Positions 43,330 to 56,369 are shown, counted from the first letter of the stretch. The stretch: DNA of 64,000 nt from the human T2T-CHM13v2.0 reference genome, Homo sapiens (GCF_009914755.1 NC_060925.1), one strand, 5' to 3'. Notes: a model not told the origin generated them from the sequence alone. Made by a program: numbers and translations.

Positions 43330-43645
43330 GGCTGGGCATGGTGGTCATGCCTATAATCCTAGTGCTTTGAGAGTCCAAGGCAGGAGGATTGCTTGAGACC
43401 AGGAGTTTTAGACAAGCCTGGGCAACATAGTAAGCTCACATCTCTACAAAAGAAATAATTTTTAAAAATTAGTCAGGTGTGATGGTGCACACCTGTAGTC
43501 CTAGCTGCTCAGGAGGCTTAGGTGGAAAGATTGCTTGAGCCTAGGAGTTCAAGGCTGCAGTGAGCTGTGATCACATCATGGCACTGCAGCCTGGGCATCA
43601 GAGCAAGATCCTGTCTCTTTTATGAAAGAAAAAAAGAAAAGAAAA
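43330..43645 (+). mobile_element. AluJ
   Basis: ggaggattgcttgag; aaggctgcagtgagctgtgat. Confidence 0.88.
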
Positions 43646-45567
43646 ATATACAGCTGGAAAACTGCCAAAGGTGTCCAATTCTTTCAGGCCCATATCAGGA
43701 AACTGAGGCCAGAGGAGACTTGGTGGCCACTGAAGGTTGGCTGCTTCTTCCTGGAAGAGCTGGAGTTCAAACTCAAGATGTTGGCTATACTTTAAGGCAT
43801 TTTCCATGCTCTGTCGGTCTCAAGGGAATCATAAGTATCACTTAACTCTAGCAAATGGATTGATGCCTTATTGGAATCGTAAAGTGGGACTATAGATATT
43901 TACATACCCCTGCATGGGAATGAATAGACCAGAGGCCCCTGTAGATGTCGTACATGTGAACCAGTCCAAGTAGGGCAACAAGAGGCTATTTGTACAACCC
44001 AGGCTGGAATTCTGTACCAGGAAGAAGAGTAACAAACCTCCAGAATCCGAGGAATCAGGTGGGCCCAACATAGCTACCCTCTTCCTGATGATCAGCCCAG
44101 GCCTGTCTGCTTTCTCATTCTAAAGGGCCATGGCTGGGTCCTTGCCCTGAGGGTCACAATTTCAATACAGCCCCTGGGTGGTCAGAGAAACTGGGCATTT
44201 TGACTCCTTTCTTATCTAGGACTCCTTTTTTACTGCCTTTCGCTGTGGTTTGCATGTGAGGAGTTGGGAGGAGGCAGGGAGTATAAAACTTACACTCCTG
44301 GCATGTGAGCTCTGCATCTGTTCACTTCTATATCTACCCAGCACACCCACTTCAGTATCCAGACCTCTGCTGAGATCACAAAACCCAGTCACTCTTCATA
44401 AGTCTGCCATACCAGACTACCATAAATTGTCATTAAATACCCATCCAATTCCCAGCCATATCAATGAAAAACAAACAAGAGAGTGGGGCTAGTGATAAAG
44501 AACAGGCTCCTATCAGAATAGACACCATCACACATCGCTGAGGAGATCCTTGGCTTTGATGAGCAAACTGTTGCACAGTACATTCTTAGAAGATGACAAG
44601 GAAGACCTGTTTAATGAGTAAAAGCTGAAAAAGTCAGCCCAGTTCCTTTTCCCAGCTCCTGTAATACTAAAGTCAAGACAGATAGGTGCCCAATGATCTC
44701 ATCAAGATATTATCTCATGCTAACACCCTCAAAAGAGGAATAGGGGTCAGAGGTCAAATGACCCATCCTTTTGTCTGGATATTATTTATACAGTATTGTT
44801 GCCATTGATATGTCAGGGGTCTCAGCTCTCTTTTTTGGAAGAATTATTAGCACTTTTTTTTTGGAATGTGAGATTTGAGTTTTTGTGAGATTTGAGTTTT
44901 TAAGTGGGGCTTGGGCAATTTTGTAAGTATCCTAGAATAGGTTATTATGGCCTAACTCCAGTTAGGCCATAATAAAAAAAAAGCTCCAGTGTAGCTTTAA
45001 ATTGTTGGAATTCTCAAAACAGTAGTGCATGCTTATACACCAGTACACCATTAGCTTCCTGGATAATTTTGTTTATGTGAGTTTTTAAATAGGCATTCCC
45101 ACCACATCCCACTCCCAAAAAGAAGTGTTCACTTAAGGAATATCCATATTCATATGGTCAATTAGACAGAAAACTCCTGATTTGAAAAGGAGTATGGGAA
45201 GTTTGGTTTTTTGAGGGGTAGCAGGATAGGGCAGGGCAGCTGTTGAAACACAACAGAGCAGACAGAGCACATAGGACTGATGGGATTGAGTATGGAAAAT
45301 GAAAAATAGAAACAGCATGGAGTGCTTAAAATTAAAGGGAAGAAGTTGAGATGGCAATTAGTAACTCCTCTTCGGCAAGCAGAAGTTAACAGACATGAGG
45401 AGGTGATGACCTCCCAAATATCAAAAACTCCTGGGGTAAGCTGCATGTGAAAAAAAAAGGATTTAGTGATCTTTAACAATATTTGTTAACTATTTGACTC
45501 TGTACACAACATTGCATTAAACAGAAAGTAGAATTTTAAAAACAGACAAATATTTATTGAGCACTTA

Positions 45568-47832
45568 CGATATGGTTTGGCTGTGTCCCCACCCAAATCT
45601 CATCTTGAATTTCCATATGTTGTGGGAGGGACCCACTGGGAGGTAATTGAATCATGGGGGCAGGTCTTTCCCATGCTGTTCTCATGAGAGTGAGTAAGTC
45701 TCATGAGAAACGATGGTTCTATAATGGAGAGTTTCCCTGCACAAGCTCTCTCTTTGCCTGCTGCCATCCACGTAAGACATGACTTGCTCCTCCTTGCCTT
45801 CCAGCATGATTGTGAGGCCTCCCCAGCTACATGGAAATATAAGTCCATTAAACCTCTTTTTCTTCCCAGTCTTGGGTATGTCTTTATCAGCAGCATGAAG
45901 ATGGGCTAATATAGTAAATTGGTACCAGTAAAGTGAGGCATTGCTGAAAAGATACCCGAGAATATGGAAGTGACTTTGAAACTGAGCAATAGGCAGAGAT
46001 TGGGACAGTTTGGAGGGCTCAGAAGAAGATAAGAAAATGTGGGAAAGTTTGGAACTTCCTAGAGACTTGTTGAATGGCTTTGCCCAAAATGCTGATAGCA
46101 ATATGGACAAAAAAGTCCAAGCTGAGGTGGTCTCAGATGGAGATTAGGAACTTGTTGGGAACTGGAGCAAAGGTGACTCTTGGCATTTTGCCCCTGCCCT
46201 AGAGATTTGTGAAACTGAACTTGAGAGAGATGATTTAGGTTATCTGGCAGAAGAAATTTCTAAGCAGCAAAGCATTCAACAGGTGACTTGGGTGCTGTTA
46301 AAGGCATTCAGTTTGAAAAGGGAAGCAGAGCATAAAAGTTTGGAAAATGTGCAGCCTGATGCAATAGAAAATTTGTAGCCTCAATGCAATAGAAAGGAAA
46401 ATCCCATTTTCCGGGGAGAAATTCAAGCCAACTGCAGAAATTTGCATAAATAACAAGGAGCTGAATGTTAATCACCAAGACAATGGGGAAAATGTCTCTG
46501 GGACGTGACAGAGGTCTTCACAACAGCCCCTTCCATCACAGGCCCGGAAGCCTAGGAGGAAAAGATGGTTTCCTGGGCCAGGCCCAGGGTCCCCATTCTG
46601 TGTGCAGCCTAGGGACTTTGTGCCCTGCATCCGAGCTGCTCCAGCAGTAGCTGAAAGGGGCCAACATAGAGCTTGGGCTGTTGCTTCAGGAGGTGTAAAC
46701 CCCAAGCCTTGGCAATTTCCATGTGGTGTTGAGCCTGCAAGTGCAGAGAAGTCAAGGATTGGGGTTTGGGAACCTTTACCTAGATTTCAGAGGATTATGA
46801 AAACACCTGGATGCCCAGACAGAAGTTTGCTGCAGGGGTGGCACCCTCATGGAGAACCTCTACTAGGTCAGTGCAAAAGCAAAATTTGGGGTCAGAGCCC
46901 ACACACACAGTCCCTACTGGGGCACTGCCTAGTGGAGCTATGAGAAGAGGGCCACTGTCCTCCAGACCCCAGAATGGTAGATCCACAGACAGCTTGCACT
47001 CTGTGCCTGGAAAAGCCACAGACACTCAATGCCAGCCCATGAAAGCAGCTGGGAGGGAGGCTGTACCCTGCAAGGCCACAGAGGCAGAGCTGCCCAAGAA
47101 CATGGGAACCCCCCCCTTACATTGGTGTGACCCAGATGTGAGACATGGAGTCAAAGGAGAGCATTTCAAAGCTTTAAGATTCAACTGCCCTGCTAGATTT
47201 TGGACTTGCATGAGGCCTGTAGCCACTTCGTTTTGGCCAGTTCCTCCCATTTTGAACAGCTGTATTTACCCAATGCCTGTACCCCCATTTATCCAGGAAG
47301 TAACTAACTTGCTTTTGATTTTACAGGCTCATAGGTGGAAGGGACTTCCCTTGTCTCAAATGAGGCTTTGGACTGTGGACTTTTGAGTTAATGCTGAAAT
47401 GAATTAAGACTTTGGGGGATAGATGGGAAGGCAAGATTGGTTTTGAAATATGAGGATATGAGATTTGGGAGGTGCCAGGGGTAGAATGATATGGTTTGGC
47501 AGTGTCCCCACCCAAATCTCATCTTGAATTCCCATATGTTGTGGGAGGGACCCACTGGGAGGTAACTGAATCATGGGGGCAGGCCTTTCCCATGCTGCTC
47601 TCATGATAGTGAATAAGTTTCATGAGATCTGATGATTCTATAAGGGGGAGTTTCCCTGCACAAGCACTCTCTTTGCCTGCTGCCATCCATGTAAGACGTG
47701 GCTTGCTCCTCCTTGCCTTCCACCATGATTGTGAGGCCTCCCCAGCCACGTGGAAATATAAGTCCATTAAACCTCTTTTTCTTCCCAGTCTCAGGTATGT
47801 CTTTATCAGCAGGGTGAAAACAGACTAGTACA
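45568..47832 (+). mobile_element. Complete THE1 (THE1C-like) MaLR provirus: 5' LTR 45568-45913, internal 45914-47486, 3' LTR 47487-47832
   Basis: two collinear LTRs (~30 differences in 346 nt by hand count); internal region starts gtaaattggtacca; purine-rich tract before the 3' LTR; TSD actta/acttg. Confidence 0.95.
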
Positions 47833-48074
47833 ACTTGTCATTGTGACTTGCCTAGTAGAACACGTGTGTAGAGGCCAATGTGAAGTGCTGGAGGACATCC
47901 ACATCAGCACAAGTATAAACCAGTTTCCCCAGGAGTGTACAGATGCTCAGGCACGGTGAAGTCATGTATCATATATCAAAACCACATTCAAACTTGACAC
48001 GTATCTCTCAGCTGACTTGGAATAGCTATGAGGAATTTTTGCATTTTATCTCTCCAACATGTAAGAGAATAACG

Positions 48075-48305
48075 TACTGGTTATAAGTTCAGGCTTTTGA
48101 ATAGTTCACACTTGGATTTAAATCCCCGCTTGGCCAGTTACTCAGTCTGTGACCTGCGACATTATCCTCTCAGCCTCAGTTTCCCCATCTATGAAACGAG
48201 ATAACAACAATCTTACAGAGCTTTTGAGAGTAGGAAATGAAATTATTTATGTAAAACAGTTAACATAAATAATACATAGCATGTGCTTAAAAACGTGTGC
48301 AATTA
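48075..48305 (+). mobile_element. MIR SINE
   Basis: ctcagcctcagtttccccatctatgaaacgagataac. Confidence 0.7.
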
Positions 48306-49649
48306 TTATGTGATATTTGTTTTAGTTACTATATATAATAAATTTTATTGATGAACTTGATGAAACACATAGAAGTATTATTTTGTAGTAAAAAGATCCT
48401 CTTTAATATACAACATGTAATTCTTTTGCTGTAAGCTTATTCCAAAGAAGGAAGTGGCTTATTGGCTTATTGTAGTGTCATCACTAGGAGTCTTGGAACG
48501 TTTCCTGTAAGAGGCGTATAATGTGGAGGGGTACCACTAGAGGGCTCTGCAGGGACCCTATATACCTTTTCCTTGGCTGTAGTGGTGAGGAAGCAACCCT
48601 GAGAAGCCCTGGCCTTTTGGAGATCAGAGCCATTCCATTCATTACAGCTGTTCAAGAGGGCAATTAATAAGAATCCAACAAGAGCAACTCCTAGGAGCCA
48701 CTTCTGCCAGAGAGCTGGGGGTTGCAGGTGGATGTCACCAGAAACATCTGGTAGGTGCTGAGCTAGGAAACCCTATTGCTTGAGTTTCACTCTCCCCTGT
48801 ACCACTCCACAGAGCTACCCTTGTGGGGACTTGAATGACATAATACAATGAAGTTTTAACTTTGAGACAGGAAACCAGGTAGCATTGAAGGTTCTGAAAT
48901 TCTGGGCAAAGATCTAACCAACAATAATAACAAAACCCACCTTGAATCTCAACTGATCCTTGAGGCTGGGACCCACACTGATGGCTGGGCATCTGTAAAG
49001 GAGATGAACACAAGGCCCTGGGAGTTCTGGGGCTGCATGAGCCCTGTGTGTCCTACCTGCAGGGATGATAGCAGGGCACCTCTGATGATGCACTGTCATG
49101 GGATAAATGCCCCTCCGGACTCAGTGGTCACTCAGGGATTGTGCTGGCAAGTGATGCAATAGGTATATGTCATAGCTTTTTAATGAGCACCATCGGCCAG
49201 TAGCTTACAGCTGTGTCTGAGTGCCAGCAGTGAAGCTGGTGCCTGCAGAGGCAAATGTCAGATCTGCAGCTGAAGCAAGAACCTGGGAGCTGGGCAGAAA
49301 AGGAGCTTTCCTGCTACCGAGGTGAGTTTGGATCTCCAGACTGAGGCGGTGGGGTGGGAGCAGAAATCTCTTCAAGCCTTTGTTTTCTTGTGGCTGTTTT
49401 GCTTCTGTGGTGTTTGAACCACCCCCCACTCCACCCCGCAAAAAAATAGCTGTCCACGGGGCCAGACAAGATAATGTGCCTCTAGACTCAAGAAGTGAAT
49501 GGCAGCCTTGGGAAGCTTTGCTTTTTCTAACTCTCCCTGTGAAATAATTCAGGACTTCCGCACACTGAAGAGTCAACTCTCAATCCAAAGTCAAGCACTT
49601 CCCTTTTTAAACTTGTGCAACGCTGAGGCTTAAGTTCTCAGGGTCTCCC

Positions 49650-50750
49650 CTCCGCAGGCGCTGGTCCTTTTAAAGGGCTTCTCAGAGAGGTGGTGGCCAG
49701 AGGCTGCAGTCAGGACCTGGCTGGGAGGAAGACAGGGATGAGGGCTGCGGGGCTGGGCGTCCCGGGGAGGAGGGCGGAGCAGGTGAGCTGCGGGGTGGGA
49801 GCAGGGAGTGCACTTGTACGTGACGTTGGAGTTTGCAGCAACCTCCAAGTAGGAGGCTGTGCGCGCGTGTGTGTGGAGTGGCTGCGCGGCCGGGGAGGAT
49901 GTGCGCTGCAGGGCGGCCGCCGCAGTGAGCAACGCGGCAACCGGAGCCCGGCGGGCAGCCGGGGAGGCCGGGACTGAGAGGGGCGAGCCGCTGGTGCTCC
50001 CCGGCGGCAGAGGGCCGCGTCGGCCACGGGCCCGGGAGAGACGCGCTCCAGCCGGCCCCAGGATGTAGGCGATCGGCGGCAGCGCTCCTGCAGGCGGCCG
50101 GCTCATCATGAAGAAGCACTCGGCCCGGGTGGCCCCGCTCAGCGCCTGCAACAGTCCGGTCCTGACCCTTACCAAAGTGGAAGGTAATGCGCGGCCGCCT
50201 CGCCCCGGGGGTCCCTGCACCCTAGCCGGGGAATGCTGCCACCCTGAGGGGGGCTGTCTGGCTGCGGGGCGCCGGGGCTGGGGGTACTGCTCCCCCAGGA
50301 CGCGGCTCCGCAGTGCAGAGCGCCGCCGCCTGCGTGGGGGGATCTGGCAGCTTCAGGGGCTGCCCTGAGCTCCCTGGCGAGCAGGAGTGAGCTGCTGCGG
50401 CGAGTGAGCACCCGGCTCCCCAACCCTCTCCTTCCTGGGCAGCACCCAGCGCATCTGGCAGCAGCTGCACCCTCACCTCCATCCCAGTTTGTCCTGGGGC
50501 TCTTGTCTGTTCGGCAGGAGGGGGTCGTCCAGCCGCTCCCAGTGTCCCCTTACCACACACACACTTGAGTTGCCTGGGTGTGGAGCTCTGTGCCTCACCC
50601 CCAGGCCGACCAAAGGTGCTGCCCGCAGTTGGTAGAGGCGGGAGAGGGCTGCAGCGGGCTAAGGAGACGTCTGTCCTGCGTGTTCCGAAGCCTTTCCGGC
50701 CACCAGCCAACTGACTGCCCTGCTCTTTGGGAATGGGCGGGGCGCACAGG
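49650..50750 (+). promoter_or_regulatory. SLC35F3: CpG-island promoter / 5'UTR of the SLC35F3 alternative first exon
   Basis: Abrupt high GC and CpG density (gcggccgc, cgcgcg); GC box GGGCGG ~49772; TACGTGACGT at 49817-49826; no obvious TATA box. Confidence 0.85.
50108..50183 (+). CDS. SLC35F3: Coding part of an alternative first exon of SLC35F3 (short isoform N-terminus, MKKHSARVAPLSACNSPVLTLTKVE + 1 nt, phase-1 donor)
   Basis: ATG at 50108 with A at -3 (catcATGa); 25 codons + G, then donor AAG|GTAATG at 50184; lies in a CpG island. Peptide matches my recollection of the SLC35F3 421-aa isoform start (continues GEERPRDSPG...). I did not see the next exon in the remaining 13.8 kb. Confidence 0.9.
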
Positions 50751-52899
50751 TGAGGGAAGAGCCAGCACCAGTCTGTAAACAGGCTCTTTCCCAGGCCCTG
50801 GAGAGGGATTGGAAGGGCTGTGAGAGGCCCCCAGAAGGTGTCCTCCTCCCCGTGTTGTCCTTTCTGCCTGGAACTGCTCCCACCCAGGAAATGTGAGCGA
50901 GAGGACAGGGGAAGAAGCAGCCCACCGAGGAGAGCTTCCTCAGACACAGCTGGCTTCTGCTGGCCTAAGGGGCCTTGCTTTCCAATGGAGAAGGGGGGCA
51001 GAGGGCCAGTCCCAGTTCTTAACTCCTCCTCCCAGGAGGCAGAGGTGGAATGACTAACTCCCTCTGCCAGGAGCAAGCCACCTTGGCCAGGTGAGGCAGA
51101 CAGACCATCCCCTGGGTCCCAGGAGCTCCCTTCTAGGCTTTTGCTTGTGCTGAGCTAACAGAGCCCATGAGCATCAGCGGTGAATGAGGGACAGCCATGG
51201 GCTCCGACAGAGCCTGGCTTCTGCCCTTCCCAGGAAGCCTGGACTTCTCTAGGCTACTGTTGACCCTGCTTCCCACTCGTGACTTCTTGTTTATTACAAT
51301 GAATCTCAGAACCAGCGAGGACAAGACAGAGGCTGGCTTGGTAATTGTATATCCCAAGCTTAGCTGTCCACACAGGCCTGCCTGCAGCTGCCCTAGTACT
51401 GTGATCCCCATCCTACTGAGGAGCACTGTGAGGCCCAGCAAGGTGGGTTAACGTGTCCTAGACCCACAGTTGGTAGGTGGTGAAGCAGGAATGGAATCCT
51501 GGGCTGTCCGATCCAAAGCTCAAGCATTTTTTCCAGAACATCAGTTTGCACTGAACTGCAACTACTTACCTATTTCTCAACATTTTCTATCTTTAGGAGG
51601 TTGGGTTTTTTTCCTTCTTGTGGCTGTCTTCTTCTCTCCTCCATCCCAACCTCAGGAATGACTTGATATCAGCCATCTACACCTGAGTTTAGTGCAAGTG
51701 CTACCTCTTCCAGGGGTGTTTGTATTTCTAAGCCTACCCAGACATTGCCCACATGCATGTGTGAATTGGGGAGGGAAGGATTGGCCATTTATTTCTCTGA
51801 GGGAAGCAGGGAGTGAGTGTCTGCTCACTCATAGGGTCCTCATGGGAAGCTGCCCACTCCTACCTCCTAGTAGGACAGATTGGTTCTGCTCTCCAGCAGC
51901 AGGGGGTCTCCCTGGGAAACTCCCAGCCCACCTTAGGCAGGACAGGTTCGAACTGCACTGGAAGTGGGGCAGGACGCGGATGGTGGGGCTACCTGAACTG
52001 GGTGCTGTGGCCTCAGAGGTGCTGCAGGAGGCAGTGAGTGGCATGCGAGGCACAGGTACTTCCCTATGGCCAAGCCTGGAGGTTGCCTTCAGGGAATGAA
52101 AGTGAAAATTATCTCCCACTAACCACCAACCCCCCAAAAAGTCCCTTAGGGCTGCTGCCAAAAGAGCTTTGAGTCTCCTGCACCTGCTAACGCCAGCAGC
52201 TGCCTCGCCACAGGCTTGGCTTTGGAACTAGCATTTCCTCATAAATGCCTGTGGATAACGGAAATGTATAGTGAACTAAGAAATGGTGAGATTGAGGATC
52301 AAGACTGGGCCCTGCCCCTTTTCCAGTTGGATTTGTGTAAATCACGAACACAGCCTCAGTTTCCGCAAACGTAAAAGAGAAGGAACAACCTACTTCAGCA
52401 GGCTGTGAGGAGATGCAATAAGGTAGAGGTAGCTGAAAATGCCTGGCAAGCCCCCAGTTGCATTTTTCGTGGGATACCTACAAGTATCCCATGCAAAATT
52501 CTGCCCCTCGGGGCCTCATAAAACCTGCTCTTGGTATGCCTGGCTCACATATAGCTCTTTCTCTCTGCCTAGTTTTTTTCCTTGGTGTTTTTATTCAGTT
52601 TGGCTTTTGGTCTATTTTTTGGAAACCATTTGCATCTTATGTGCTGGTTTTGGAAGTGTTGAATCATTTCGTTTTAACTTGAATGCACAGGGCAAGGTGG
52701 TCCCCATGCTGTGGGTGTTTCTGTATGGATGGCAGACAGGCTACAGGGAGGGAATGCAGCCGGCGAGGAATATTTATTAGCTTGCAGAGTGTGTCATCTA
52801 AGGGGAGGCAAGAAGGCACCAGCATGTGGTACATATAAAACCAAAATAGAAAAGGCAAAGCTTGGTTAAACTCAAACACAGGAAGATGGGCAAGATGAC

Positions 52900-53640
52900 T
52901 TCATTTACTCAACAACTACTTCATCCAACCCTACTCTGTGTCCTGTGACAATTTAGCAAGGCCCTGGAAAGGCAAAAAGGAACAATTCTAGCTTCATTCT
53001 CTTAAGGACGTTTTAGTCTAGAGGGGAAGAGACATACAGATAGATAGATAAATTATCAAATACAAAGTAGTAAGTTCTGGTATCGAACTGAAAAGCAAGG
53101 TGTCACGGGGACACTGAGAGTTGAGCAATCTGAGGAGGTGTTCCTGAGGAGGAGGCCTTCATGAGGAGGAGGGTTTCTACAGAGGAATACTTTCTGAGGG
53201 GGGCCTTTCTGAGGGGAAGGCCTTTCTGAGAAGGAGGCCTTTCTAAGAAGAGGCCTTTCTGAGGAGAAGATATTCCTAAGAAGAGGAGGCTTTTCTGAGA
53301 AGGAGGGCTTCTAAGGAGAAGGCCTTGCCGGGGAAGCCTCCTCAGAAAGATCTCTGAGGAGGAGGCCATTCTAACAAAAGGGCCTTTTTGAGGAAGAGGC
53401 CATCTAAGAAGGAAGCCTTCCTCAGGAAGAGGCCTTTCTGAGGAGATATTCCTGAGGAACAGGCCTTTCTAAGATGGAGCCATTCTAAGGAGGGGGCCTT
53501 CCTGAGGAGGAGGCCTTATGAGGCATCACAGCTGAGGCTGGGGGGATATGAGAAAGCTTGTTGGTGCAGAGGGGAGGAGAGGCAGTTTCAGGCAGAGAGA
53601 ACATGGATGCTAGGGCTCAGCCCAGAAGCATGAGGAGAGT
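52900..53640 (-). mobile_element. L2 fragment containing a degenerate minisatellite
   Basis: tcatttactcaacaa...ttagtctagaggggaagagaca; distal ggcagtttcaggcagagagaaca. Confidence 0.55.
53130..53525. repeat. Degenerate ~15-19-bp tandem repeat (gaggaggcctttct-like), about 25 copies
   Basis: repeated ctgaggaggaggccttt / ctaagaagaggccttt. Confidence 0.85.
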
Positions 53641-54372
53641 GGGGCTGGGCCTTAGATAGGGGTTAAGGTTTGAAAAGTGTGTTCTGGCGAGATTGATGGC
53701 ATCTGTCATGTCTAAAAACATACCTTGTTTTCACAGATCCTTTGCTTGGCTTTCCTTTCAGAAGCAGAGCATTGGTCAGTAGCACATCTCTAATAGACTA
53801 GTGTTTACTAGGATCAGCTCTACTCACAATCAACTCATTCATGTTCAGTGAAATTACATTCAATAGGGATTAATCATTGAGAACAGTACAATGAATTCCC
53901 CCAAGAGGCGTGCAGCAAATAGTGTTGTGGAAAGGGTGAGGGCTTTGGAATTAGATGGACTGGGTCTATCCAGCTGTCATGCTAGGTGAGTGATTTCTGG
54001 CTAATGAATAAAGCTCTCCAGGAATCAGTTCCATCCTAGGAAAGGAGGGGTGATGACATCTTGCTCTTAATACTCAAATAATGGTTTTTGCTAATGAATG
54101 CCTCCTGTATTGCAGGTACTATGCTAGGAGAGATTGTTCCATTATCTCTATTTTTTCCCTAAGCAAGGGTAAGTATTGTTATCCAACTTTATAGATAAGG
54201 AAACTGAGGCTCAGAAAACTCATTCACGAAGGAACTGTAATTAGAAAGCAAGGATCCCAGGCTTCAAATCTATATCTACCTGGCTGCAAATGTTGCAAGA
54301 CCTTTGCACAACTGCATTTCATTTGAGTAGGAGAGAGAATTATATCAGCTCATGGCACTTTGTAGATGCTCA

Positions 54373-54685
<313 letters not shown>

Positions 54686-56369
54686 AAAGCTCCCACTGTA
54701 ATATAACTAATATAACTCAGTGGTTGGGACCCCCATGGGGGGTTCATAGGCCCCATGGCTGTGTGCCATATTCTTAGTGCCTCTCCTTTGGGAGTGTTGG
54801 GTGATCTCAGCTGCCCCCAGAGTAGGTCTGACTACCTTGTTCCTGTCAACAGGATAAGACGGTTATCCTGGAATGCTCAATTAATAGTATATAAAGACCC
54901 AGGATGCTGGCCCAGTCCAAGAGGATTCTTGAGAAGTATACTGCCAAAGAGTTTCCCCAAACCCAAAATATTTCCCTGATTGGCTAGCTCTAGGTCTGAA
55001 ACTTCAGTGGCAAAAGTCATTCATGTAGTGATCAAATATTTTACCTAATATACGCAAGAGAATGAACCAGATGTTTGGGAGGATTCTAAGAGGAGTAAAA
55101 CATAATCCTTGATCCAACAGAGCTTCCAATCGAGTGAGGAATGTCAGAAAGGCATACCAATAAAGAATGCATGCTGAAATGTAATGTTTTTGATTCTATG
55201 GAAGAAGTATAAAGTAAATGTTGCATTTCAGCTGAGGGTGAACTCAGTTCTGGCTGGGACGCAGATGGCCCCTGCGCAGCACTCTTGCTTGCCGTCATTA
55301 CCCCCTTCTTCGCCAAAATGACCTGATCTGACAGGATACTCTTTCCTGCTGAGCCTGGATGTGGCCTCAGAATTCTTCTTGTCACCACACTCCAGGTGAC
55401 GGCCTAAACATTTATTGGAACTGCTTTTCCTGGAAGCACGGTCGGGATGGCATGGTAGAGGAGTTTGCCTCTGCCCTGGGCTGTCAGAGGTGGGAGGTGA
55501 GAACACAGCATTTCCTGACAGAGGGAGCCACAGACGAAGGCGCAGAGCTAGGAGAGGGTGGCGCTGGGAGACCAGCAGGCAGTCTACTGGGCCAGAGCGT
55601 AGTGATCAGAAGAAGCAGGAGGAGGGGAGGTTAAGCTAGACTATGGGCAGATGCTGAGGCATCCTGAACGCTGGACTCGGAAGACAGGATTGAAACAGGG
55701 GGAGCCAGAGAAGAGAAGAAAACACCATCCGAAACTGAGAAAAGACGGTCATGGGCAGCAGTGGTGTTCAAACTGGGTTATGAAATCTCTTTCATCAGTC
55801 GCAATAAGTATTTCTTATCAAAGGAATTAGAATAGAATAAAAACTACCACTGTCTATCAAATGTAATAAGAGACAGAGTGGATCCAAGATGCTTTCATTT
55901 CAGGGGTGTGTGTGTGTGTGTGCTCATGTGTACATGCTCATACGTGTGTGTCATATTGAAGGTATAGCGAAAAATTTTTTAAACTCTGCTGGAAAGTATC
56001 CAGTGGTGACAAGGAGACATGTTGAGGAGTGACAGCAGCAGTCCACACATGAGCTCATGGTAATAACTGCGGTAGTAATATTTGCTTCCTCCTCGCCATG
56101 AGCCCTTGACCTGGGTTGCCTCATTTAGTCCTCACAACATGCCTCTACAGTGGCTCCTAACGTAATTCCCACTGTGCAGTGAGGACTTGGATTGCAGGGG
56201 GATCAGGTAACCCACTCTCTGAGACAACTGCCATGTGGTATGCCCACGTCCTAACCACTGTACCATCTGATGGCAAGGACAAGGACAGGATAGAGGAGGA
56301 ATCAACAGGCTGTGGTGAGAGTGTGAAGTAGGAAGGCTGAAAAGAGCCATGAAATACAGCTTTGAAGAT

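Noticed and set aside
46811-47386. 191-aa ORF in the THE1 internal region
   Set aside because: Fragment of a decayed MaLR internal sequence; neighbouring frames are broken and there is no evidence of domestication
50184-50368. Continuation of the 86-aa ORF beyond VEG
   Set aside because: Read-through past a strong splice donor into the intron
49630-51076. Long antisense ORFs (196 aa, 284 aa) across the CpG island
   Set aside because: Expected from high GC content; non-ATG starts and no recognisable domains. An antisense non-coding transcript is possible but cannot be shown from sequence alone
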